Source of the DNA: an uncultured Clostridia bacterium | Lineage (GTDB): Bacteria; Bacillota; Clostridia; TANB77; CAG-508 | Assembly (NCBI GenBank): GCA_944392665.1 | Contig: CALXXJ010000001.1 | Location: 10,350-74,349 of the forward strand | DNA: 64,000 nucleotides | Direction: 5' to 3' | Shown: one piece after another, positions 1 to 8,392 of the stretch | How the letters are laid out: each line of letters starts with the position of its first letter | Position numbering within the stretch: position 1 is the first letter of the stretch | The notes under the pieces: model-generated | The model's input: the letters and a program-made list of their open reading frames with translations, nothing else | The model's database searches: none | What the model was told of the DNA's origin: nothing | Translations under genes and position numbers: made by a program

Positions 1-9
1 TAAATCTCT

Positions 10-37
10 ATTACAAAATAGTTACATTTTTGTTACA
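10..37 (-). promoter_or_regulatory. Three TTACA (TGTAA on minus) direct repeats at 11-bp spacing; OmpR/WalR-type box candidate for a gene beyond the window edge
   Basis: attaca 10-15, gttaca 21-26, gttaca 32-37; matches TGTWAH-N5-TGTWAH on minus. Confidence 0.4.
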
Positions 38-129
38 TATTACCATTTCACCATTTTTATAAACTTTCAATACAGTTATGAATGAACTTAATAACATTTT
101 TGAAGTTATACTAAAAACTCCGCTATTTT

Positions 130-1437
130 TTAATTTACAATGATATATTCTTGTTCAGCTCCTTGGCATTGTAATTTTATCATTTTATTTTCTAAGTTTT
201 CCTCTGTTTTATAATGTGCTAATATATAATTTTTTGTATGCCCTTGCCATACACCATCTTTTTCTTCTTCAAAAAGAACTTCTACTTCTTTTCCTATATA
301 TTGTTGATTATATGTTTTTTCATTCTTATTAGATAATTCTATTAATCTTTTACTTCTTTCTTCTTTTTTATTACCATCTATTTGATTTGGCATAACTGCT
401 GCTTTGGTTCCTTTTCTTGGTGAATATTTGAATACATGCATTTTATAAAATTTTATTTCTTCTAAAAAAGCATATGTTTTTTCAAATTCTTCTTCACTTT
501 CTCCTGGAAATCCTACAATAATATCTGTTGTTAATATGGCATCCTCAAATGTTTTTCTTAATAACTTTGTTATATCTTTAAATTCCTCTGTAGTATATCT
601 TCGATTCATTCTTTTTAATGTTTCGTCATAACCACTTTGTAATGATAAATGAAATTGATGACATATTTTAGATAATTTTTCTAATCTACTTACAAATTCT
701 TCGGTTATTAATAAAGGCTCTATAGATCCTAGCCTAATTCTTTCAATTCCTTCTATCCCATTCATTTCTTCTAATAAATCGATTAATCGGTATTCCTGTT
801 TAAAGTCTTTTCCATATGATGCTATATGAATTCCTGTGATAACCACTTCTTTTATGCCTTCTTTTGCAATTTTTTGAATTTCAGATAAGATATGTTCTGG
901 TTTTCTACTTCTTACTCTTCCTCGTGCATATGGAATAATACAATAAGAACAAAAACGGTCACAACCATCTTGAATTTTGATAACAGCTCTTGTCTTTTCT
1001 GTAAATGTGATATCCCCAAATTCCACAAATTCCTTTTGGTTCATGACATCTTCTGTTTGTACTTCTGGAATTGTTTGTTTTTCTGTATTTTTGCTTTTTA
1101 TGTATTTTTCAATATGCTCTACAATATCTTTTTTCTCATTATTTCCTAATACTAAATTAATTTCTTCTATTTTTTCTAATTCTTCTTTTGCTACTTGTGC
1201 ATAACAACCACAAGCAACAACAATTGCTTTTTTATTTAATTCTTTTACTCTTCTTAACATTTGCCTAGATTTTCTATCTGACATATTGGTTACTGTGCAA
1301 GTGTTAACAATATAGATATCTGCCTCTTTGGTATGGTCTACAACTTCATACCCTTTTTCTATAAATTGTTGTGTCATGGCATTTGTTTCATACTGATTTA
1401 CTTTACACCCCAATGTGATAAATGCTACTGTTTTCAT
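130..1437 (-). CDS. mtaB: tRNA threonylcarbamoyladenosine methylthiotransferase (radical SAM)
   Basis: TLGCKVNQYE N-terminus, NTCTVT, CDRFCSYCIIPYARG CxxxCxxC motif, C-terminal TRAM-like region. Confidence 0.92.
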   Translation of the reverse strand: MKTVAFITLGCKVNQYETNAMTQQFIEKGYEVVDHTKEADIYIVNTCTVTNMSDRKSRQMLRRVKELNKKAIVVACGCYAQVAKEELEKIEEINLVLGNNEKKDIVEHIEKYIKSKNTEKQTIPEVQTEDVMNQKEFVEFGDITFTEKTRAVIKIQDGCDRFCSYCIIPYARGRVRSRKPEHILSEIQKIAKEGIKEVVITGIHIASYGKDFKQEYRLIDLLEEMNGIEGIERIRLGSIEPLLITEEFVSRLEKLSKICHQFHLSLQSGYDETLKRMNRRYTTEEFKDITKLLRKTFEDAILTTDIIVGFPGESEEEFEKTYAFLEEIKFYKMHVFKYSPRKGTKAAVMPNQIDGNKKEERSKRLIELSNKNEKTYNQQYIGKEVEVLFEEEKDGVWQGHTKNYILAHYKTEENLENKMIKLQCQGAEQEYIIVN

Positions 1438-1484
1438 TTTTCATTACGTTCCTTTCTCCATGTTTCATGCTGATTGAAAAAGAA

Positions 1485-1503
1485 TGAAATGATTATCATT
1501 ATT
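1485..1503. promoter_or_regulatory. Fur-box-like palindrome upstream of mtaB
   Basis: Minus strand AATAATGATAATCATTTCA matches 15 of 19 positions of GATAATGATAATCATTATC. Confidence 0.35.
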
Positions 1504-1615
1504 TTTCAACTTTTCTCCTTGTTTATTGTTAAAACTCCTTACTATTATCCCATATTTTTGCCTTATTTTCAAGCCAATTTGTACTTGTTGCTATTTTATG
1601 TTAGAATGTGTCTTT

Positions 1616-1656
1616 CAAAAAACAAAAAATCCAACTTTTATCAAGCTGGATTTTTT
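1616..1656 (-). terminator. Rho-independent terminator downstream of the mreB-like gene
   Basis: aaaaaatccaact...agctggatttttt hairpin with a U-tract on the minus strand. Confidence 0.65.
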
Positions 1657-1735
1657 GGATTTTAAACTCTATTTTTAACACTCTATTTTATTTCTATCTT
1701 ACTATATCTTTGAAATTTATTGGAATTTTCATCTT

Positions 1736-2746
1736 TTAATTTCTTGTTTTTCCTTCTAGCACATCTAAATTATCTAGTGCTTTTCCTGTTCCTAGTGCCA
1801 CACATGATACTGTATCTTGTGCAATCATGACATTAATTCCTGTTTTTTCTTGTAACAATTTATCTAGTCCATCAACTAAGCATCCTCCACCTGTCATATA
1901 AATTCCTTTATCACTAATGTCTGCTGACAATTCTGGTGGTGTTCTTTCTAATACAGAATGAACCGCATCAACAATCATCATTGCTGGTTCAATTAATGCT
2001 TCTAACATTTCACTAGAATGAACAGTTAACGTTTTTGGAAGTCCTGTTACCAAATCTCTTCCTCTAATGTCCATTTCTGTATCTTGTATTTTAGGATATA
2101 CACAACCAATGTTTACTTTTAAATCTTCAGCAGTTCTTTCACCTATCATGATATTATGTTTTTTCTTAATATATTTTACAATATATTCATCAAATTTATC
2201 TCCAGCAACTTTCAAAGAAGTATTCACAACTGAACCTCCTAATGATATAACAGCAATATCTGTTGTTCCTCCTCCAATATCTACTACCATATTTCCACAT
2301 GGTTTTGATATATCAATTCCTGCTCCAATGGCTGCTGCAATTGGTTCTTCAATTAGATATACTTTTCTTGCACCTGCTTGTGTTGCCGCATCTATAACCG
2401 CTTTTTTCTCTACCTCTGTTACTTGTGAAGGGATACAAATCATAATTCTTGGTGCAAATATAAATTTACCACAAACTTTATTAATAAAATGTTTTAACAT
2501 TTTTTCTGTGACTGTGTAGTCTGATATAACACCATCTCTTAATGGTCTTGTTGCAACAATATTTCCTGGTGTTCTACCTAACATTCTTCTAGCTTCTTGT
2601 CCAACTGCCAACACTTCTCCTGTAATATTATCCACAGCAACAACAGAAGGTTCTCTTAATACAATTCCCTTCCCTTTTACATATACAATGACTGTTGCGG
2701 TTCCTAAATCAATTCCTACATCCTGTCCAAAACCAAATTTAAACAT
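1736..2746 (-). CDS. mreB: MreB/Mbl family actin-like rod-shape protein
   Basis: GIDLGTAT, EPSVVA, IEEPIAAAIGAG, VDIGGGTTD, TGGG motifs. Confidence 0.92.
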   Translation of the reverse strand: MFKFGFGQDVGIDLGTATVIVYVKGKGIVLREPSVVAVDNITGEVLAVGQEARRMLGRTPGNIVATRPLRDGVISDYTVTEKMLKHFINKVCGKFIFAPRIMICIPSQVTEVEKKAVIDAATQAGARKVYLIEEPIAAAIGAGIDISKPCGNMVVDIGGGTTDIAVISLGGSVVNTSLKVAGDKFDEYIVKYIKKKHNIMIGERTAEDLKVNIGCVYPKIQDTEMDIRGRDLVTGLPKTLTVHSSEMLEALIEPAMMIVDAVHSVLERTPPELSADISDKGIYMTGGGCLVDGLDKLLQEKTGINVMIAQDTVSCVALGTGKALDNLDVLEGKTRN

Positions 2747-2806
2747 TTGCTTATCTTCCCTTCTATATATATATCGAAATCTATGATTTCATCATATGTT
2801 TTTCTT

Positions 2807-2852
2807 GTTACAATTTCGTTACAATTATATTACAATATCATTATTTTTTCAA
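2807..2852 (-). promoter_or_regulatory. SigmaA-type promoter of the mreB-like gene, overlapped by a triple TGTAA(C/T) repeat
   Basis: TTGAAA (2852-2847), 17 bp, TATAAT (2829-2824); TGTAAT/TGTAAC/TGTAAC at 2834, 2823, 2812 with an 11-bp period. Confidence 0.65.
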
Positions 2853-2948
2853 CCATTTTTTGTAAAAAAGATTTCTTTATTGCATATCATTGATTATAAT
2901 TCAAATTATATTTATAAACTTTATTGAACAGTGAATATTTCTAATTTA

Positions 2949-3560
2949 TTAAAAAATCTTTAAAATGTCCCAAACAGAAACGTCCCCAATTGGACATTTT
3001 AAAATGTCATATACCTTATGTATTGGTAATCCAAGAGCGGATGTATAATTTCCTTCTATTTTTTCTACATGTATACAAAATTCATTTTGAATTCCATATG
3101 CTGCTGCCTTATCCATGGCATTTCCTGTATCTAACCATTTTTCAATTTCTTCATCTGATATATCTTTTAAATATACTTTTACTGTATCATATGTTTTATA
3201 TTCTTTTATTTTACCATCTTGTTCTATGATAACACTTAATCCTGTTATAATCTTATGTACTTTGTCACCTGTAATTAATTCTTTTATCATTTCTTTTGCA
3301 TGATTTCTATTTTTTGGTTTTCCATATATTTTTCCATTTTTGGTAACAATCGTATCAGAACCTATAACAATTCTGTCGCCTTCAGTTCTATCATAGACAT
3401 TTTTTGCTTTTGCATATGCAATTTCGGTTACTTGGTCTTCTACTGATAATGCTTCATTTAACGTTTCTTCTTGATTGCTTACCATGATTTCAAATTTAGG
3501 TACTATTAATGATAATAATTCTTTTCTTCTCGGTGATTGAGATGCTAATATAATTCTCAT
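2949..3560 (-). CDS. maf: Maf family nucleoside triphosphate pyrophosphatase; C-terminal tail encoded by a mini-repeat
   Basis: IILASQSPRRKELL, GSDTIV, GKPK, MDKAAAYGIQ, EGNYTSALGLP. Confidence 0.9.
   Translation of the reverse strand: MRIILASQSPRRKELLSLIVPKFEIMVSNQEETLNEALSVEDQVTEIAYAKAKNVYDRTEGDRIVIGSDTIVTKNGKIYGKPKNRNHAKEMIKELITGDKVHKIITGLSVIIEQDGKIKEYKTYDTVKVYLKDISDEEIEKWLDTGNAMDKAAAYGIQNEFCIHVEKIEGNYTSALGLPIHKVYDILKCPIGDVSVWDILKIF
2962..3000. repeat. GGGGACGTTTCT mini-element copy with AAAATGTCC/GGACATTTT terminal inverted repeats, inside the maf 3' end
   Basis: aaaatgtcccaaacagaaacgtccccaattggacatttt. Confidence 0.8.
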
Positions 3561-3640
3561 GTTTTCCTCCCTTAATCAATTTCTTTTTCTATTTCATATT
3601 TGATATACATTAAAATTCATATTGTTTCCCATATAATAAG

Positions 3641-3697
3641 AACCTGACCCGACATAGCAATCAAAGATTGCAGTCGGGTACCCCAGAACCTTGTTGT
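3641..3697. repeat. Structured intergenic element (AATC-AAA-GATT hairpin followed by AACCTTGTTGT), related to 51342-51429
   Basis: cccgac-ata-gcaatc-aaa-gattgc-a-gtcggg hairpin at 3648-3678. Confidence 0.5.
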
Positions 3698-3708
3698 CTA
3701 AGACAATA

Positions 3709-3745
3709 AAAATGTCCCAAACAGAAACGTCCCCAATGGGACATT
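3709..3745. repeat. GGGGACGTTTCT mini-element copy abutting the slt stop codon
   Basis: aaaatgtcccaaacagaaacgtccccaatgggacatt. Confidence 0.8.
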
Positions 3746-4313
3746 ATCCATATAACTCATTATATATACGATAGTCTATCAATATTTTTCTTACATAATT
3801 ATTCGTTTCTTTATATGGTATGTTTTCGATATCTGAGCCATCTGCTTGTATAATTTGCTTTTCTATCCAATTATTCACAGTTCCAATACCTGCATTATAT
3901 GCTGCTAGTGCTACTTCTATATTTCCATATTGTGCTAATAGTGTTGACAGATATTTCGTTCCAATATTGATGTTATTATCAATATCTAGTATTTCTTCTT
4001 CTATATTTTCTGTATCAATATCTATATTATTCTTTTTTGCAACATCAATAGCTGTGTCTTCTACAATTTGCATTAGCCCAATGGCATCTTTATTGGAAAC
4101 TGCTCTACTATCAAAATTACTTTCTGCTTTTATAACTGCATATATTAAATTTTCTTCTACATCATATTCTTCCGCATAGACTGATATAATTTCACTATAT
4201 GTTTTAGGGTATAATATTTTTAACAATTTATCTTTAAACAGAACAAGTAGTATGGTTACTATGAGTACCACAATGACCGTACATATCATGATTTTATATT
4301 TGCTTTTTATCAA
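3744..4313 (-). CDS. Lytic transglycosylase (SLT domain) with N-terminal membrane anchor
   Basis: AVIKAESNF catalytic Glu, GLMQ, ALAAYNAG. Start trimmed to TTG at 4313 after an AAGGAGAG RBS; the ORF-track extension to 4502 is probably spurious. Confidence 0.85.
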   Translation of the reverse strand: MIKSKYKIMICTVIVVLIVTILLVLFKDKLLKILYPKTYSEIISVYAEEYDVEENLIYAVIKAESNFDSRAVSNKDAIGLMQIVEDTAIDVAKKNNIDIDTENIEEEILDIDNNINIGTKYLSTLLAQYGNIEVALAAYNAGIGTVNNWIEKQIIQADGSDIENIPYKETNNYVRKILIDYRIYNELYG

Positions 4314-4488
4314 AAATTTTCTCTCCTTTTCAATCTTAAACTCCCTAATATTTTCCCTATCATTTATATTTTTTTGGTAAAGGATGAAGATTATTATTTT
4401 TGAATTTATCGACGAATGTGACGTGAAGTAGACATACAAATTCTTAGTTTTAAATAAATGAGGAAGCACAATACAGCGAGAGGCTCGT

Positions 4489-7191
4489 TTATTTACAATC
4501 ATACCAATTTTTTGCTTCTGATATTTCTGCTACAAGTGGTATCTTTAATTGTATAGCAGACTCCATCTCTCTTTTCATAATATCTTTTACTTCTTCTTTT
4601 TCATTTTCTGGCGCTTCAATCATCATTTCGTCATGTACTTGTAAAATAATTTTAGCTTCTAATCCTCTTTTTTTCAATTCTTTGTTCACATTAATCATCG
4701 CTATTTTCATAATGTCAGCTGCTGTTCCTTGAATTGGCGTATTCATCGCTACTCTATTTCCAAATTGTCTTACCATATAGTTTTTTGAACTCAATTCTGG
4801 AACATATCTTCTTCTATGGAATAAAGTTTCGACATATCCTTTTTCTTTTGCCTTTTCAATAATATTCTCCATAAATTCTTTTATTCCTTCATACTCTGTT
4901 AAATATTCATCTATATATTGTTTTGCCTTTTTTCTAGAAATTCCTAGTTGTTCTGCTAATCCAAAATCACTAATTCCATAAACAATCCCAAAGTTTACAG
5001 CCTTTGCATTACTTCTTTGTTCTTTGGTTACTTCATCTATTGGTGTTTTAAAAACTTTTGAAGCTGCCTGTTTATGAATATCTTCATTATGATTAAAAGC
5101 ATCTATCATGTGTTTATCTTCTGAAATATGTGCTAATACTCTTAACTCTATTTGAGAATAATCTGCATCAATATATACTTTTCCCTCTTCTGGTTTAAAT
5201 ACCTTTCTTACTCTTTTTCCTAATTCAAACCTTGTAGGGATATTTTGTAGATTTGGTTCTGTTGAACTGATTCTTCCCGTCGCTGTTATGGTTTGATGGA
5301 AAAAGGAATGAATTCTTTTGGTTTTTGGATTAATAAATGGTTTTAGTCCTTCTACATATGTAGAATTTAGTTTCATTAATTGTCTATATTCTAATATCTT
5401 TCCAATAATCGGATCTTCTCTTTTTAGTTTTTCTAAAACATCTACATCTGTAGAATATCCATTTTTTGTCTTCTTAATAACTGGTAATTGCATTTTTTCA
5501 AAAAGAATTTCTCCTAATTGTTTTGTAGAATTAATATTAAATTCTTCGCCTGCCATTTCATGAATTACTTTTGTTAAAACTTCAATTTGTGAAGTTAATT
5601 CTTCTCCAAACGCACTTAATTCTTGTTCATCTACATACATTCCATTCCATTGCATACTAGATAACACTTTTACTGTTGGCATATCAATATTAGTATATAA
5701 GTCAAAGCTATTGGTTTCTTTTAATTTTTGTAAAATGATTGTGTTTATTTTTTCAATGACATATACATACAAATTATACTTTTCTGAAGCTTTTTTATCA
5801 TTTTGCACATTATTTTCTTCAAATAGTGTCATTTGTTTTTGATTATCTTCTTCCCCTGTATATTCTTCTATATCCAATTCTAAATATTGCATTGCTAAAT
5901 TTTTAAGGTCTAATTTATTATTTGTTGGATTTAAAATATAGGCTCCGATAGATATATCATTTTCAATTCCATCCAAAGTAATGCCTGCTTGTTTTAATAA
6001 AATATATATTTTTGTTAAATTAATACTTGTCTTTTTTATTTCTGCATCTTCCAATATTTCTTTTAACTTGACGATTTCTTCTTGTTCTAGCTTTATATAA
6101 TATGCTTCTTGGGTTTGTGTATTATATAAACTCATTCCCGTTATTTTTTCTTTTATGATATTCTCTGGTGATTCATCTGCCTCTGTTTGCAAATAAAATG
6201 TCATATTTTTTTGTGTTTTTACGATATCAATAACCTCTTCTATTGATTTTTCAATCATTTTAAATTCTATTTTATAGGTTTCTTCTTGACTATTATTTTT
6301 TTCACCTGTTAAATGAAATCTTTCAATATATCGATTAAAATTTAATTCTTTAAATAATTTTAATACTTCTTCCTTATCCCATTCTTCTACTTTAAATTGT
6401 TCTAATGTATCTTCGATTGGAACTTCTAGATTGATAGTTCCCAATGTTTTAGATAATTCTGCTAATTCTTTATTATCTTTAATCTTTTCTCTTTGTTTTC
6501 CTTTTAAATCATCTTCATCTTTTTCTATTTTGTCATATAGATTGTCAATCGAACCATATTTTTGAATCAAAGATAATGCTGTTTTTTCTCCAATTCCTGG
6601 AACACCTGGTATATTGTCTGAGCTATCTCCTTGCAAACCTTTTACTTCTATCAATTGTTTTGGTTCTAGTCCATAGGTTTCTATAATTTTATTTCTATCA
6701 AATAAATCTGTTTCTGTCTTTCCTCCTTTTGTTCTAGGAATTCGAATCGTTACATTATCTGTTGCTAATTGAAAGGTATCTCTATCTCCTGATAATATCG
6801 TAACATGAAGTCCTTGCTTTTCTCCATATCTAGAAAGTGTCCCTAAAACATCATCTGCTTCATATCCTTCTTTTTCGACAATATCGATATTCATAGCTCT
6901 TAATATTTCTTTAATTAAAGGCATTTGTTCTGCCAATTCTTCTGGCATTCCTTTTCGGTTAGCTTTATATCCTTCATATAGTTTATGTCTTGCTGTTGGT
7001 GCTTTTAAGTCAAATGCCACTGCCATATATTTGGGATTCGTATCTTCTATTAATTTAAACAAAATTGCTAAAAAACCATATACCGCATTGGTATATTTTC
7101 CATCTTTTGTTGTTAACATTTTACTTCCCATAATTCCATAAAATGCTCGATTCATGATACTATTTCCATCTATTAAAACAAAATTATCCAT
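4489..7191 (-). CDS. polA: DNA polymerase I
   Basis: 5'-3' exonuclease (LIDGNS, GYEADD, GDSSDNIPGVPGIGEKTA) and polymerase motifs DYSQIELR, KAVNFGIVYG, QVHDE. Confidence 0.97.
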   Translation of the reverse strand: MDNFVLIDGNSIMNRAFYGIMGSKMLTTKDGKYTNAVYGFLAILFKLIEDTNPKYMAVAFDLKAPTARHKLYEGYKANRKGMPEELAEQMPLIKEILRAMNIDIVEKEGYEADDVLGTLSRYGEKQGLHVTILSGDRDTFQLATDNVTIRIPRTKGGKTETDLFDRNKIIETYGLEPKQLIEVKGLQGDSSDNIPGVPGIGEKTALSLIQKYGSIDNLYDKIEKDEDDLKGKQREKIKDNKELAELSKTLGTINLEVPIEDTLEQFKVEEWDKEEVLKLFKELNFNRYIERFHLTGEKNNSQEETYKIEFKMIEKSIEEVIDIVKTQKNMTFYLQTEADESPENIIKEKITGMSLYNTQTQEAYYIKLEQEEIVKLKEILEDAEIKKTSINLTKIYILLKQAGITLDGIENDISIGAYILNPTNNKLDLKNLAMQYLELDIEEYTGEEDNQKQMTLFEENNVQNDKKASEKYNLYVYVIEKINTIILQKLKETNSFDLYTNIDMPTVKVLSSMQWNGMYVDEQELSAFGEELTSQIEVLTKVIHEMAGEEFNINSTKQLGEILFEKMQLPVIKKTKNGYSTDVDVLEKLKREDPIIGKILEYRQLMKLNSTYVEGLKPFINPKTKRIHSFFHQTITATGRISSTEPNLQNIPTRFELGKRVRKVFKPEEGKVYIDADYSQIELRVLAHISEDKHMIDAFNHNEDIHKQAASKVFKTPIDEVTKEQRSNAKAVNFGIVYGISDFGLAEQLGISRKKAKQYIDEYLTEYEGIKEFMENIIEKAKEKGYVETLFHRRRYVPELSSKNYMVRQFGNRVAMNTPIQGTAADIMKIAMINVNKELKKRGLEAKIILQVHDEMMIEAPENEKEEVKDIMKREMESAIQLKIPLVAEISEAKNWYDCK

Positions 7192-7256
7192 TTATTACCT
7201 CGTATAATGAACATATAAACATTATACGAACTCCTTTCTTTAAAATTTTTTCTTTT

Positions 7257-8309
7257 TTAAAGCTCCATCTCTTCAGATGCTTCTTTCACTTTTTCTTGTT
7301 CTTTTCCTTTTCCTAAACAATATAAAGCATTTAGAAACTCATTGTCTGATTCTTTCATCTTATCTAAACTAATGCATAAAAAACTATCCATTCCATTTCC
7401 AATTCCTGTTTCAATTTTGATATTTTCAAATTGTTCAGATAATCTTAAAAAATTTCTAAGAAATTTATCTGTCAGATTAGTTTGTATTCTATCATTCTCT
7501 TCTTGTGTTTCTGCATGTACAAAATGTCCATATCTTCCTACTAAGAAATCTGGTACTTTTACAGCTGTTATTCCTTCTTTTTCTAACATTCCCATAAAAA
7601 CAGTTAAAGCAGATATAGCACTTGGTGTTACATTTCTATATTTTTTTACCCCTTTATTAGCTCTATTTAAAATTTTTTTCATTTTTTCATTATATTCTTC
7701 ATCTGAACAAGGTTCCATTTTTTGTAAAGCATATATGTAAGCTATTTTTTCTCCCGATTTATTTAGTGAAACTCCATATCTTATCCATGGTAAATTATAG
7801 ATGTGTTTTCCATCTGTAAAAGATAAATGCATGATATAAGGTGTTTCAAACCCATAGTCATCTTCTTCTCTTTCTGCTAAAAGTATATTTCCTTCATAAT
7901 GTCCTAAAGGGGTTACCTCATCATATTGATGAAATGTATCATCTAAAATGAAATTTGTATATCTATTAATAAATTTTTCTGGATTCAAATAATCACTCAT
8001 AGTTGCATTTTTCCATACATGAAATAGAAAATATTTCTCGTTATGTCTTTGGTCCATTTTAGTTGATTTTATATTTGTATTTCTTATTACATCTAAATAT
8101 CTTTCTAATACTTTCTCAAAAACATCCACATTATTAATCACTAAATTAGGTATATATTCTGCATTTGATTTTGGAATAATTGTTACTGTTTTTCCATCTC
8201 TAATTACCGTTGCCTTTCTTTCTTCTGGTGCTATATTTTTTTCTTTTTTGCTAAGCCCCAATCTTTTTTGAAAACTAACTATAATTTTTTCTACCAATTC
8301 ATTTTTCAT
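7257..8309 (-). CDS. Hypothetical protein (~350 aa)
   Basis: Long ORF; likely ATG at 8309 after an AAGAAAGGA RBS; no family confidently recognised. Confidence 0.7.
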   Translation of the reverse strand: MKNELVEKIIVSFQKRLGLSKKEKNIAPEERKATVIRDGKTVTIIPKSNAEYIPNLVINNVDVFEKVLERYLDVIRNTNIKSTKMDQRHNEKYFLFHVWKNATMSDYLNPEKFINRYTNFILDDTFHQYDEVTPLGHYEGNILLAEREEDDYGFETPYIMHLSFTDGKHIYNLPWIRYGVSLNKSGEKIAYIYALQKMEPCSDEEYNEKMKKILNRANKGVKKYRNVTPSAISALTVFMGMLEKEGITAVKVPDFLVGRYGHFVHAETQEENDRIQTNLTDKFLRNFLRLSEQFENIKIETGIGNGMDSFLCISLDKMKESDNEFLNALYCLGKGKEQEKVKEASEEMEL

Positions 8310-8325
8310 ATTTTTTCCTTTCTTT

Positions 8326-8360
8326 AATGTCCTATTAGGGACGTTTCTGTTTAGGACATT
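8326..8360. repeat. GGGACGTTTCT mini-element copy, opposite orientation
   Basis: aatgtcctattagggacgtttctgtttaggacatt. Confidence 0.75.
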
Positions 8361-8392
8361 TTTATGTTGACTTATTGTAAGATTTTTACTCT

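Noticed and set aside
3641-3697. Possible 6S RNA or other known ncRNA
   Set aside because: Too short, with no long rod and central bubble; treated as a repeat-like structure.
4314-4502. N-terminal ORF-track extensions of slt (also of 7257-8402, pssE, serS, sigK and the ParE toxin)
   Set aside because: They run through intergenic or repeat DNA, and better RBS-supported starts lie downstream.
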